Shown one piece after another: positions 10,325 through 23,739 of a stretch of DNA of 32,000 nucleotides. The first letter of the stretch is position 1. Each line of letters begins with the position of its first letter. Below the pieces are notes generated by a model that saw nothing but the letters and a program-made list of their open reading frames with translations, did not search any database and had not been told where the DNA came from. The stretch lies in assembly GCF_945901045.1 (NCBI RefSeq), contig NZ_CAMDKK010000014.1; one strand, written 5' to 3'. The DNA comes from Limnohabitans sp. Rim8 (GTDB taxonomy: Bacteria > Pseudomonadota > Gammaproteobacteria > Burkholderiales > Burkholderiaceae_C). A program made the translations under genes and the position numbers.

Positions 10325-11266
10325 GTGAACCTGCATCAATTTAGATTTGTCCAAGAGGCTGCTCGGCGAAACCTTAACTTGACCGAGGCGGCCAAAGCAC
10401 TTCATACCTCCCAGCCCGGGGTTTCCAAGGCCATCATTGAGCTGGAACAGGAGCTGGGAATCGATATCTTTGCCCGGCATGGCAAACGCCTCAAAAGAAT
10501 TACCGAGCCGGGCTTGCATGTCCTGCAAAGCATCGAAATTATCATGCGCGAGATAGGCAACCTCAAACGCATTGGTGAGCAATACAGTGCCCAAGACAGT
10601 GGCACCTTGTCGATCGCAACCACGCACACCCAAGCGCGCTATGTGCTGCCCTTGCCTGTGGCCAAACTGCGTGAAACATACCCCAAAGTCAACATCAGCT
10701 TGCACCAAGGCGCGCCTGATCAAGTCGCCAAAATGCTGCTCGACGACACGGCTGAAATTGGCATGGCCACTGAGGCACTGACCGCATACGAAGAACTGAT
10801 CACCCTGCCCTGTTATGAATGGCAACACGTGCTGGTCTTGCCTTTAGACCACCCGCTCGCCAAGAAGGGAAGTTTGACATTGGAAGATGTGGCCAAGGAA
10901 CCCGTGATCACCTACCACCCTTCATTCACTGGGCGGACGCGTATCGATACAGCATTTGCCCACAAAAAACTCCATCCCCGCATCGCCCTCGAAGCCATCG
11001 ACTCCGACGTCATCAAAACCTATGTTCGTCTTGGTTTGGGTGTGGGCATTGTGGCCGAAATGGCCGTCAAGGATGACCCCATCAAAGACTTGGTCATTCG
11101 CCCTATGGGTCAACTTTTGGGCATGAATGTGGCACGAGTCGCTTTCAAACGGGGCGCCTATCTGCGCAACTTTGTCTACCAGTTTGCAGAAATGCTCAGC
11201 GACAGACTCACACCCACCCTGATCGCCAAAGCCATGACCGGCCATGTGGCAGATTACGAGTTATAA
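10325..11266 (+). CDS. cysB: LysR-family transcriptional regulator, CysB type
   Basis: 313 aa with a GTG start. The N-terminal HTH MNLHQFRFVQEAARRNLNLTEAAKALHTSQPGVSKAIIELEQELG and the ..ATTHTQARY.. and ..IDSDVIKTYV.LGLGVGI.. blocks match the CysB/Cbl subfamily as I remember it. It could be a CysB paralogue (Cbl/SsuR). Confidence 0.8.
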   Translation: MNLHQFRFVQEAARRNLNLTEAAKALHTSQPGVSKAIIELEQELGIDIFARHGKRLKRITEPGLHVLQSIEIIMREIGNLKRIGEQYSAQDSGTLSIATTHTQARYVLPLPVAKLRETYPKVNISLHQGAPDQVAKMLLDDTAEIGMATEALTAYEELITLPCYEWQHVLVLPLDHPLAKKGSLTLEDVAKEPVITYHPSFTGRTRIDTAFAHKKLHPRIALEAIDSDVIKTYVRLGLGVGIVAEMAVKDDPIKDLVIRPMGQLLGMNVARVAFKRGAYLRNFVYQFAEMLSDRLTPTLIAKAMTGHVADYEL

Positions 11267-11297
11267 ATCTCCATTCTTCAATTTTGAGTTTTGTGAA

Positions 11298-12467
11298 ATG
11301 ACACCCCACACCCCCAGCCTCGTCTCGAAACACCCCAATATGGGGACCACCATATTCACCGTCATGTCGGGACTGGCCACCGAAACCGGAGCCGTCAATT
11401 TGGGCCAAGGTTTTCCGGACTTTGCCTGTGACCCCAAACTGACGCAAGCCGTTTCCGGCGCGATGCAAGAAGGACTGAATCAGTACCCGCCCATGACCGG
11501 AATTGCCCCGTTGCGCGAGGCGGTGAGCGCCAAAATAAAAAATTTGTACGGTCGTCACTACGATGCCACCAGCGAAATCACCGTCACCGCCGGGGCCACA
11601 CAAGCCATCTTGACCATCATTTTGGCCGTGGTGCACCCAGGCGATGAAGTCATCGTGCTCGAGCCCTGCTATGACAGTTACATCCCCAACATCGACATGG
11701 CCGGTGGCGTGGTGGTGCGTGTTCCCCTGACGCCGGGTGCCTTCCGCCCGGATTTTGACAAAATCCAGGCGGCCATCACGACTCAAACCCGCGCCATCAT
11801 CATCAACTCACCCCACAACCCCAGCGGCATGATTTGGAGCGAGCAAGACATGCTGCGTCTGCAAGAAATCCTAGCCCCCACCCAGGTGCTTTTGATCAGC
11901 GATGAGGTCTATGAGCACATGGTTTATGCGCCTAACCGCCACTGGAGTGCCGCCCAATTTGAGGGGCTTGCAGCACGCGCCTTCATTGTCTCGAGCTTTG
12001 GCAAAACTTACCATGTGACCGGCTGGAAAATCGGTACCGTCTGCGCACCCGCATCGCTGACCGCTGAGTTCCGTAAAGTGCATCAGTTCAACGTTTTCAC
12101 TGTCAACACACCCATGCAATACGGCCTGACACGGTATATGGCTGATCCCCAACCCTATTTGGAATTGCCTGCTTTTTACCAGCGCAAGCGCGACCTGTTT
12201 CGCCAGGGCTTGGCGCAAACCAAATTCAAACTTCTTCCGGGAGAGGGCACCTACTTTCAGTGCGTGGACATCTCCGGCCTGAGCGTACCCGAGAAAAACC
12301 TGAGTGAAGCAGATTTTTGTAAATGGCTGACGACCGACATCGGCGTGGCGGCCATCCCACTGTCGGTCTTTTATGCGGATAACTTTGACCAGCGCGTGAT
12401 TCGATTTTGCTTTGCCAAACAGGATGAAACACTGCAAAAGGCACTCGGCAGACTGTCCAAGCTTTAA
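11298..12467 (+). CDS. PLP-dependent class I/II aminotransferase (YbdL / methionine aminotransferase-like)
   Basis: 389 aa from ATG 11298. It carries the motifs NLGQGFPDF, NSPHNPSG and SFGKTY (PLP lysine). The track start at 11244 overlaps the cysB stop. Confidence 0.8.
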   Translation: MTPHTPSLVSKHPNMGTTIFTVMSGLATETGAVNLGQGFPDFACDPKLTQAVSGAMQEGLNQYPPMTGIAPLREAVSAKIKNLYGRHYDATSEITVTAGATQAILTIILAVVHPGDEVIVLEPCYDSYIPNIDMAGGVVVRVPLTPGAFRPDFDKIQAAITTQTRAIIINSPHNPSGMIWSEQDMLRLQEILAPTQVLLISDEVYEHMVYAPNRHWSAAQFEGLAARAFIVSSFGKTYHVTGWKIGTVCAPASLTAEFRKVHQFNVFTVNTPMQYGLTRYMADPQPYLELPAFYQRKRDLFRQGLAQTKFKLLPGEGTYFQCVDISGLSVPEKNLSEADFCKWLTTDIGVAAIPLSVFYADNFDQRVIRFCFAKQDETLQKALGRLSKL

Positions 12468-12470
12468 GCC

Positions 12471-16221
<3,751 letters not shown>

Positions 16222-16266
16222 GCTTTGAAAATGGATAAAGTTGAATGAAAGTAAGGGATAAAAAAC

Positions 16267-19200
16267 TTACACCTCAGCCAGGGAGGCGGCTGACTCCATG
16301 TCTACCGCCACAATCCGCGAGACGCCTTGTTCTTGCATTGTCACGCCAATCAGTTGCTCGGCCATTTCCATGGCGATTTTGTTGTGGCTTATGAACAAAA
16401 ATTGGGTTTCTTTGCCCATGCTGCGCACAAGTTTTGTATAACGCTCCGTGTTGGCATCATCCAAAGGTGCATCGACCTCGTCCAATAAACAAAACGGCGC
16501 GGGGTTGAGTTGAAAAATAGCGAACACCAAGGCAATCGCAGTGAGCGCTTTTTCGCCCCCCGAAAGCAAATGAATGGTCTGATTTTTCTTACCCGGTGGC
16601 TGTGCCAACACCTGCACACCGGCATCCAAAATTTCGTCCCCGGTCATCACCAATCTGGCATTGCCTCCGCCAAACAACTCAGGAAACATGCGGCTGAAAT
16701 GCGCGTTCACAATCTTGAATGTTCCACCCAGCAAGTCGCGGGTTTCTGCATCGATCTTGCGGATGGCGTCTTCCAGCGTGTTCATGGCTTCTGTCAAATC
16801 GGCGTTTTGGGCATCCAAGAATGCTTTACGTTCTCGGGATGTGGTCAATTCATCGAGTGCAGCCAAGTTAACTGCACCCAGTGCATTCAGTTCCCGATTT
16901 AACCGGTCGATTTCATTTTGCAAACCCGCCAAGCGCACATGCCCTTCATCGACAGAGCGCGCGACAGCGTCAAGGTCTGCTTGCGCATCCAGCAGGAGTT
17001 GCGTGTATTGTTCCATCCCGATTCTGGAGGCTTGTTCTTTCAACTGCAAATCTGTAATGCGCTGGCGCAAAGGGTCAAGCTCACGCTCAAAAGACAATCG
17101 ACGCTCATCACTTGCACGCAATTTGGCGGTCAGATCGTCATATTCACTGCGCCTGGATCCGAGCGTTTTTTCACGCTCTAACTTCATATGCAAAGCGTCT
17201 TGCAAGCCGCCTTGGGCTGACGCCTGGGTCAGGCGCGAGAGCTCATCTGTCGCACGCTGCTCCTCAGAAGCAATTTCTGTGGCTTGCTGACCTGCGGTTA
17301 CTACTGCACGGTTCAACTCCGCACGGCGAGACTCCAGACTGCGTTGGGTAAACGCGGCCTCTTGTGCACGTCGCTCCAAAGTGCGCTGTTGCTCGCGGCA
17401 CTCAGACAATTGACGTTCGCATTCAATCACCCGGTCGTCCAATTGGGCGTGCCTCTCTTGGCTGTCCGCCAATTGCATGTCCAACTCTTCAAAGCGAGCC
17501 TCCGCGGTGAGACGGCGCTCCTGCAAATCTTGCAGCAAGGCATCTATTTCGGCAACATCACCCGCTATTTGCTCGCTGCGGGCGCGGGTTTGTTCGGCCA
17601 ATTGCGATAAACGAAGGGTTTCAACCTGCAATTCATGCGTGCGCGATTGGTTTTCAGTGGCCTCACGGCGAGCGGTCATCAATCGCGTTGTCGCTTCTGC
17701 ATAAGCCGATTCGGCACGAACCAAAGCGCTGCGACTTTCGTCACTGATCAAAGTCTGCGCACGCAATTGTTTTTCTAAATTCTCAATGTCTTGTGCACGG
17801 GCCAGCAACCCTGCTTGTTCTGAATCCTGCGCATAAAAACTGACGCTGTGTGCAGTGATGGCGTGACCGGTTTGTACATACAGGACCTCACCGGCCTTGA
17901 GCTGATCGCGCCAAGCCATAGCGTCAGCCAAAGAGGGTGCGGTGTAACAAGCTTGCAACCAACTGCCCAATAAAGCAGAGAGTCCAGCGTCGTTCAAAAG
18001 CAGCAAATCGGCAAGGGGTTTGCAGCCTTCAGGCAGGTCGGCGCGGGACTTGGACAAGCCGGCCGCAGGTGGGCTGAAAAAACACAGCTTGGCGGGAGGT
18101 GCATCGTTGGCGAAAGACTGCATCATGTCCAGTCGCGAAACTTCCAAAGCCATCAATCTCTCACGCAGTGCTGTCTCGAGTGCGTTTTCCCAACCCGCAG
18201 TCATGTGGATACGACTCCACAAACCCTGTAAATTTTCAAGACCATGCTTGGCCAGCCAGGGCTTGAGTTTGCCATCGGTGCGCACTTTGTCTTGCAGCGC
18301 CTTAAGCGCTTCGATTTTCGCCGTCAAATCAGCCAAACGTGCCGACTCGGTGTTGACCGCGTGCTGGCGGGCTCGCCGGTCTTCGTCCAATTGCGGCACT
18401 TGCTCTTGCAGGTCATGCAGACGGGCATTCGCCTCACTGGATGCTTCTTCGGTCTGCGCCAATTGCGCGCGCAAGTTGTTCAAGCGTTGTTCGTCCGGTG
18501 CCGCCAAGGCATTGCGGTCCAAAGTCAAACGCTCATGACGTTGCTGGAGTTGGCGTGATTGTTCTTCGATGTAGCGCTGGTCTGCGGCCAAAACCTGAAT
18601 TTGCTGCTGCACCTGGCCGACACTGCTGCGCTGCGCACTGGACTTAATTTGCGCTTGGCGCAAGGCCTCTTCGAGGTCGGGCAGGGCTTGCGCTTGGTCC
18701 TCCACTTGTGCAGCCAGCGTCATGGACTGGTCTTCGGCCATCACGGATTGCTCAGCCAGGCTTTCAATTTCATTGTGCGCATCCTCCAGACGTGTGGCCC
18801 ACTGCGCGGCTTGCTCACTCAGCTGAACCAAACGCTGTTCAGCTCGTTGACGGCCTTCGATCACAAAGCGGATCTCGGCTTCCAGCCGGCCCACTTCAGC
18901 GCTGGCTTCGTACAAGGCCCCTTGTGCCTGATTGACCATGTCACCTGCAGCGTAATGGGCTTGACGAATGGTTTCCAAATCCGATTCCACATGGCGTAAT
19001 TCTGCGATCCGGGACTCCAAGTCGGTGGTGGCTTTGTCGACATCAGCTTTCAAGTTGTCTTGACCGGCCTCGGACTCGCTGCGCTTGATAAACCACAGTT
19101 GGTGCTGCTTGAGCGTGCTGTCGGCCTTCAAGGTGTTGTACCTGTGTGCAACCTCGGCTTGCTTTTCCAGCTTTTCCAGATTGGCATTCAGCTCGCGCAA

Positions 19201-19791
19201 AATGTCGTCGACCCGAGTCAAGTTCTCGCGGGTGTCTGACAAACGGTTTTCGGTTTCGCGTCGACGCTCCTTGTATTTAGAAACGCCAGCGGCTTCTTCG
19301 AGGAACAAGCGCAATTCTTCAGGGCGCGATTCAATGATTCTGCTGATCGTGCCCTGACCGATGATCGCGTATGCGCGGGGGCCCAAGCCTGTTCCCAAAA
19401 ACACGTCTTGCACATCGCGGCGACGAACTACCTGGTTGTTGATGAAATAACTGCTGTTGCCATCGCGCGTCAGAACGCGTTTGACCGCAATTTCGACAAA
19501 CTTCCCCCATTGACCCCCAGCCCGGTGGTCTGCATTGTCAAACACCAGCTCGACACTGGCCCGGCTTGCCGGTTTGCGCGTGTTGGTGCCATTGAAAATC
19601 ACGTCCTGCATGGACTCGCCACGCAACTCAGAAGCTTTGGACTCGCCCAAGACCCACCGCACCGCGTCCATGATGTTGGACTTGCCACAACCGTTCGGTC
19701 CCACAACACCCACGAGTTGGCCTGGCAGGACAAAGTTGGTGGGCTCTGCAAATGACTTGAAGCCCGAAAGTTTGATGGAGTTGAGTCGCAC
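16267..19791 (-). CDS. smc: Chromosome segregation protein SMC
   Basis: 1174 aa with a GTG start. N-terminal MRLNSIKLSGFKSF..GPNGCGKSN (Walker A), long coiled coils flanking a hinge, C-terminal LSGGEKALTAIALVFA (signature) and LLDEVDAPLD (Walker B). Confidence 0.95.
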   Translation of the reverse strand: MRLNSIKLSGFKSFAEPTNFVLPGQLVGVVGPNGCGKSNIMDAVRWVLGESKASELRGESMQDVIFNGTNTRKPASRASVELVFDNADHRAGGQWGKFVEIAVKRVLTRDGNSSYFINNQVVRRRDVQDVFLGTGLGPRAYAIIGQGTISRIIESRPEELRLFLEEAAGVSKYKERRRETENRLSDTRENLTRVDDILRELNANLEKLEKQAEVAHRYNTLKADSTLKQHQLWFIKRSESEAGQDNLKADVDKATTDLESRIAELRHVESDLETIRQAHYAAGDMVNQAQGALYEASAEVGRLEAEIRFVIEGRQRAEQRLVQLSEQAAQWATRLEDAHNEIESLAEQSVMAEDQSMTLAAQVEDQAQALPDLEEALRQAQIKSSAQRSSVGQVQQQIQVLAADQRYIEEQSRQLQQRHERLTLDRNALAAPDEQRLNNLRAQLAQTEEASSEANARLHDLQEQVPQLDEDRRARQHAVNTESARLADLTAKIEALKALQDKVRTDGKLKPWLAKHGLENLQGLWSRIHMTAGWENALETALRERLMALEVSRLDMMQSFANDAPPAKLCFFSPPAAGLSKSRADLPEGCKPLADLLLLNDAGLSALLGSWLQACYTAPSLADAMAWRDQLKAGEVLYVQTGHAITAHSVSFYAQDSEQAGLLARAQDIENLEKQLRAQTLISDESRSALVRAESAYAEATTRLMTARREATENQSRTHELQVETLRLSQLAEQTRARSEQIAGDVAEIDALLQDLQERRLTAEARFEELDMQLADSQERHAQLDDRVIECERQLSECREQQRTLERRAQEAAFTQRSLESRRAELNRAVVTAGQQATEIASEEQRATDELSRLTQASAQGGLQDALHMKLEREKTLGSRRSEYDDLTAKLRASDERRLSFERELDPLRQRITDLQLKEQASRIGMEQYTQLLLDAQADLDAVARSVDEGHVRLAGLQNEIDRLNRELNALGAVNLAALDELTTSRERKAFLDAQNADLTEAMNTLEDAIRKIDAETRDLLGGTFKIVNAHFSRMFPELFGGGNARLVMTGDEILDAGVQVLAQPPGKKNQTIHLLSGGEKALTAIALVFAIFQLNPAPFCLLDEVDAPLDDANTERYTKLVRSMGKETQFLFISHNKIAMEMAEQLIGVTMQEQGVSRIVAVDMESAASLAEV

Positions 19792-19968
19792 GGAGGTCTA
19801 AAATACTTACAAAGTAAACATGCAGATGGACGCTGTGCGCCACAAATGAAAAACAGGACAATACACGCCAAGGCGGGTTGACACCAGATACTAACCGACC
19901 TCACACACGCTTTTGGCATGGATGGACTGCCTGAAACAGAACTACTTCCAATCCCCGATAATCGAGCG

Positions 19969-21177
19969 ATGAACCCCCTTCTCTCCAGCCTGCAACCCTA
20001 CCCTTTTGAACGCCTGCGTTTGCTCTTTGCAGGTGTCACGCCCAACCCCGCAGTTCGCCCGATCAGCTTGGGTATTGGTGAACCCAAGCACGCCACCCCG
20101 GAATTCATCAAACAGGCCATGGTCAAAGCACTTGCCACGGGTTTAACAGGCTACCCGGGCACCGCAGGCGACCCGCCCTTGCGCCAGTCATGCGCCAACT
20201 GGCTCGAGCGACGCTACAAGGTCAAGCTCAACCCCAGCACCCAAATTCTGTCTGTGAACGGTACCCGAGAGGCCTTGTTTGCCTTGGCCCAGACTGTGAT
20301 TGACCCCACGAAGCCCGGCGCCACCGTACTCAGCCCCAACCCCTTCTACCAAATCTATGAAGGCGCGGCACTTTTGGGCGGCGCACAGCCCTTTTACGTG
20401 CCCAGCGTGCCGGAACGTAATTTTGCAGTCGATTGGGACAGCGTTCCCACCGAGGTTTGGGCCCGCACACAGCTGATTTTTGTGTGCTCACCCGGCAACC
20501 CTGCTGGGGCCGTCATGACACTGGACGAATGGCGCAAGCTGTTTGATTTGAGTGACCAATATGGCTTTGTGATTGCTTCGGATGAGTGTTACAGCGAAAT
20601 TTATTTCCGCGATGAGCCCCCCTTGGGCGGGCTCGAAGCGGCCCAAACACTGGGCCGTCATGACTTCAAACGCCTGGTCGCCCTGACCAGCCTGAGCAAG
20701 CGCAGCAATGTGCCCGGCCTGCGCAGTGGTTTTGTGGCCGGTGACGAAAGCATCATTCAACAATTTTTGCTGTACCGCACTTACCACGGCAGTGCCATGA
20801 GCCCGGTTGTTCAAGCGGCCAGCATTGCCGCCTGGGATGAAGAAACCCATGTGGTGGACAACCGCAATTTATACCGCACCAAGTTTGCACAGGTCACCCC
20901 GGTGCTGGCCGACGTGATGGACGTGAAACTGCCTGACGCGGCATTTTATTTGTGGGCCAAGGTGCCCGATGCTTGGCAAGGCAAAGACGACGACTTTGCA
21001 AAAGAACTGCTGCGAGCCCAAAGCGTTACCGTGTTGCCCGGCAGTTATCTTGCCCGTGAAGTGAATGGCAAGAATCCCGGTCAAGGCCGAATCCGCATGG
21101 CCTTGGTGGCTGAAACGGCCGAATGCCTCGAAGCCGCGCACCGCATTGCCGATTTCTGTCGACAAGCCAGGGCCTGA
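19969..21177 (+). CDS. dapC: Succinyldiaminopimelate transaminase (DapC type)
   Basis: 402 aa from ATG 19969 (MNPLLSSLQPYPFERLRLLF..). It has ..IGEPKH.. and SLSKRSN (PLP lysine) and lies directly upstream of dapE. Confidence 0.75.
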   Translation: MNPLLSSLQPYPFERLRLLFAGVTPNPAVRPISLGIGEPKHATPEFIKQAMVKALATGLTGYPGTAGDPPLRQSCANWLERRYKVKLNPSTQILSVNGTREALFALAQTVIDPTKPGATVLSPNPFYQIYEGAALLGGAQPFYVPSVPERNFAVDWDSVPTEVWARTQLIFVCSPGNPAGAVMTLDEWRKLFDLSDQYGFVIASDECYSEIYFRDEPPLGGLEAAQTLGRHDFKRLVALTSLSKRSNVPGLRSGFVAGDESIIQQFLLYRTYHGSAMSPVVQAASIAAWDEETHVVDNRNLYRTKFAQVTPVLADVMDVKLPDAAFYLWAKVPDAWQGKDDDFAKELLRAQSVTVLPGSYLAREVNGKNPGQGRIRMALVAETAECLEAAHRIADFCRQARA

Positions 21178-21198
21178 GCCCCACACAAGGAACACAGC

Positions 21199-22362
21199 AT
21201 GTCAAACACCCTGCGCCTGGCTGAACAACTCATTGCCCGACCTTCCATTACCCCTGAGGATGGGGGCTGCATGGACCTGATCATGTCGAAACTCAAGCCG
21301 ATGGGCTTTGTTTGCGAAGAAATCAACAGCGGACCTGACAGCTTCCGGGTTCGCAATCTCTGGGCACAACGCCCAGGCACAGCGGGCAAAACACTCGCCT
21401 TTGCAGGTCACACTGACGTGGTGCCCACTGGCCCGCTGGACCAATGGAGCAGCGACCCGTTCACACCCACCCACCGCGATGGCAAACTATTTGGCCGCGG
21501 CAGCTGTGACATGAAAACCTCGATCGCTGCCATGGTGGTTGCAGCGCAAGAGTTTTTAGCCATGCATCCTGACCCGGCCCTGGGTTTGGCCTTTTTGCTC
21601 ACCAGCGATGAAGAAGGCCCTGCCCTCGATGGCACTGTTGTGGTGTGCAAGCTGCTCCAACAGCGTGGCGAAGCGCCCGACTACTGCATCGTGGGCGAAC
21701 CCACCTCGGTCGAACGGACCGGGGACATGATTAAAAACGGCCGACGCGGCACCATGAGCGGCAAGCTCACTGTCAAAGGCATCCAAGGCCATATCGCTTA
21801 TCCGCATCTGGCCCGCAACCCGATCCACATGGCTGCACCCGCGCTGGCCGAGTTGGCAGGCATCGAATGGGACAAAGGCAACACATTTTTTCAGCCCACC
21901 AGCTGGCAAGTCAGCAACATCCACGGTGGCACCGGCGTCAGCAACATCATTCCCGGCGCGGTGGTGATCGACTTCAACTTCCGCTTTTGTACCGAATCCA
22001 CCCCCGACGGTCTGCAACAGCGCCTGACCGATGTCTTGAAAAAACACGCGCTGGATTTTGACTTGAGCTGGGTCATTGGCGGTCTGCCTTTCCTGACCAC
22101 ACCGGGCACCTTGGTCATGGCGGTGCAAGAAGCCATTCGCAGCCAAACCGGGATTGAGACCCAGTTGTCCACCACTGGCGGTACCAGTGACGGCCGCTTC
22201 ATTGCGCAAATTTGTCCGCAAGTCATTGAGCTGGGTCCGCCCAATGCGACGATCCACAAAATCAACGAGCACATAGTGCTCGGCGAAATGGAACCGCTCA
22301 AAGACATATACCTTGAAGTACTTCAGGGGCTGAACCGCCAATTGCAAACGCATTCAGCATGA
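21199..22362 (+). CDS. dapE: Succinyl-diaminopimelate desuccinylase (M20 family)
   Basis: 387 aa with the M20 motifs [16 protein letters not shown] and DEEG, and the DapE-like N-terminus ..[18 protein letters not shown]... Confidence 0.9.
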   Translation: MSNTLRLAEQLIARPSITPEDGGCMDLIMSKLKPMGFVCEEINSGPDSFRVRNLWAQRPGTAGKTLAFAGHTDVVPTGPLDQWSSDPFTPTHRDGKLFGRGSCDMKTSIAAMVVAAQEFLAMHPDPALGLAFLLTSDEEGPALDGTVVVCKLLQQRGEAPDYCIVGEPTSVERTGDMIKNGRRGTMSGKLTVKGIQGHIAYPHLARNPIHMAAPALAELAGIEWDKGNTFFQPTSWQVSNIHGGTGVSNIIPGAVVIDFNFRFCTESTPDGLQQRLTDVLKKHALDFDLSWVIGGLPFLTTPGTLVMAVQEAIRSQTGIETQLSTTGGTSDGRFIAQICPQVIELGPPNATIHKINEHIVLGEMEPLKDIYLEVLQGLNRQLQTHSA

Positions 22363-23231
22363 CCCTGACCGAACTGATTGCCGCTTCGACCACCCAACTG
22401 TCAGCTGCCTTAGTGTCCTTTGGTCACGGGACAGACAACGCCCATGACGAGGCCACGTGGCTTGTCTTATGGAAACTGGGCTTGCCACTGGACAGCGACA
22501 CTGAAGCATTCACCCGCGCACTGACATCCGATGAAATTTCATCGGTCTGTGCCTTGGTGCAACATCGCATCACCACCTGCAAGCCCACGGCCTATCTGAC
22601 ACAAGAGGCTTGGCTGCAAGGCGTGCCCTTCTATATCGACGAGCGCAGCATCGTGCCACGCAGCTTCATTGCCGAGTTGCTGGCCGATGGTGGCTTCGAC
22701 TATTGGCTGGGCGATCAGACACAGCGCGTGCTCGACTTGTGTACCGGCAACGGCAGCCTGGCTGTGCTCGCCGCCATGACCTATCCGGATGTCACCGTGG
22801 TGGGGGCCGACATTTCGTCCGACGCCTTGGCCGTCGCCCGCATCAACGTGGACCGTCATCTCATGCACAAGCGCATCACACTGATTGAAAGCGATGGCCT
22901 GCATAACCTGCCTGGCGTGTTTGATTTGATTTTGTGCAACCCGCCCTATGTGTGCGCTTCCAGCATGCAAGCCCTGCCCGCCGAATTCCTTGCTGAGCCT
23001 GAACTGGCGCTGGCCGGTGGCGAAGATGGTATGGACTTTATTCGACAACTGTTAACCGATGCCCCAACACACATGAGCGATCAAGCCGTACTGGTCTTGG
23101 AGATAGGCAACGAGCGCGAGCACTTTGAAAAAGCGTTTCCCCAACTTGAAGTGATTTGGCTCGAAACCACCGCGGGCGAAGACCAAGTCATGCTCATCAC
23201 CCGCCAAACGCTGATCTCTTTGGCGCACTGA
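22359..23231 (+). CDS. prmB: Ribosomal protein L3 N5-glutamine methyltransferase (PrmB / HemK-like)
   Basis: 290 aa with the SAM motif [13 protein letters not shown] and catalytic NPPY (LILCNPPYV). ATGA overlap with dapE. The PrmB versus PrmC assignment is by remembered N-terminal similarity only. Confidence 0.75.
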   Translation: MTLTELIAASTTQLSAALVSFGHGTDNAHDEATWLVLWKLGLPLDSDTEAFTRALTSDEISSVCALVQHRITTCKPTAYLTQEAWLQGVPFYIDERSIVPRSFIAELLADGGFDYWLGDQTQRVLDLCTGNGSLAVLAAMTYPDVTVVGADISSDALAVARINVDRHLMHKRITLIESDGLHNLPGVFDLILCNPPYVCASSMQALPAEFLAEPELALAGGEDGMDFIRQLLTDAPTHMSDQAVLVLEIGNEREHFEKAFPQLEVIWLETTAGEDQVMLITRQTLISLAH

Positions 23232-23235
23232 GTTC

Positions 23236-23733
23236 ATGGAGACTTGGCACATTCAATCTGTTCAAACCCCTGACGACTGGGCTGACTTTGAACGCTTGCT
23301 TCGCGATTACGCTGCGCGTGACCTTGACCAAGCCCATTTGAGTACCATCTGGAAAGACCTGGAAAACCTACCCTCTCGCTATGGCGCCCCCCACGGAGGG
23401 GCCGTGTTGGTGCATGACATCCAGTCCAACTCGCGCGTTGCCTGTGGCGCTTTTGCCTCTACCCGCGTGCCCGGCACCTGCGAAATCAAGCGGATTTATG
23501 TCTCCCCCGCGCACCGCAAGCTAGGGCAGGCGAAAAACATCATTCGAGAGTTACTTCAAGCTGCCACACAAGCAGGCTACACTCACGCTGCCTTGAGCAC
23601 CTGGCGCAACAACAACTCAGGACAGGCTTTGTACGCCGGCCTGGGCTTCGCCACCGTCCCCCCTTTCAAAGACCACCCGAACCCCGATTTGCTGTTTTTA
23701 GGCTTGGTATTGACCAGCCCGAGCAGCCTCTAA
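23236..23733 (+). CDS. GNAT-family N-acetyltransferase
   Basis: 165 aa with an acetyl-CoA binding-type motif ..IYVSPAHRKLGQAKNIIRELL.. followed by ..ALYAGLGF... Confidence 0.7.
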   Translation: METWHIQSVQTPDDWADFERLLRDYAARDLDQAHLSTIWKDLENLPSRYGAPHGGAVLVHDIQSNSRVACGAFASTRVPGTCEIKRIYVSPAHRKLGQAKNIIRELLQAATQAGYTHAALSTWRNNNSGQALYAGLGFATVPPFKDHPNPDLLFLGLVLTSPSSL

Positions 23734-23739
23734 AGCCCC

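Noticed and set aside
16389-19755. Many long ORFs antisense to or out of frame with smc (e.g. 16661..17290, 18020..18538, 18559..18999, 19408..19755)
   Set aside because: These are shadow ORFs typical of GC-rich coding DNA. Their translations are Ala/Arg/Ser-rich and low in complexity, and they are fully contained in a gene with unambiguous SMC motifs.
21556-22353. A 265-aa ORF antisense to dapE; similar antisense ORFs at 23698..24351 (ABC-F), 10310..10828 (cysB), 11208..11786 and 11871..12437 (aminotransferase), and 6675..7265 (pepA)
   Set aside because: All lie fully inside genes with clear family motifs on the other strand and have GC-driven Arg/Gly/Ala-rich composition. They are shadow ORFs.
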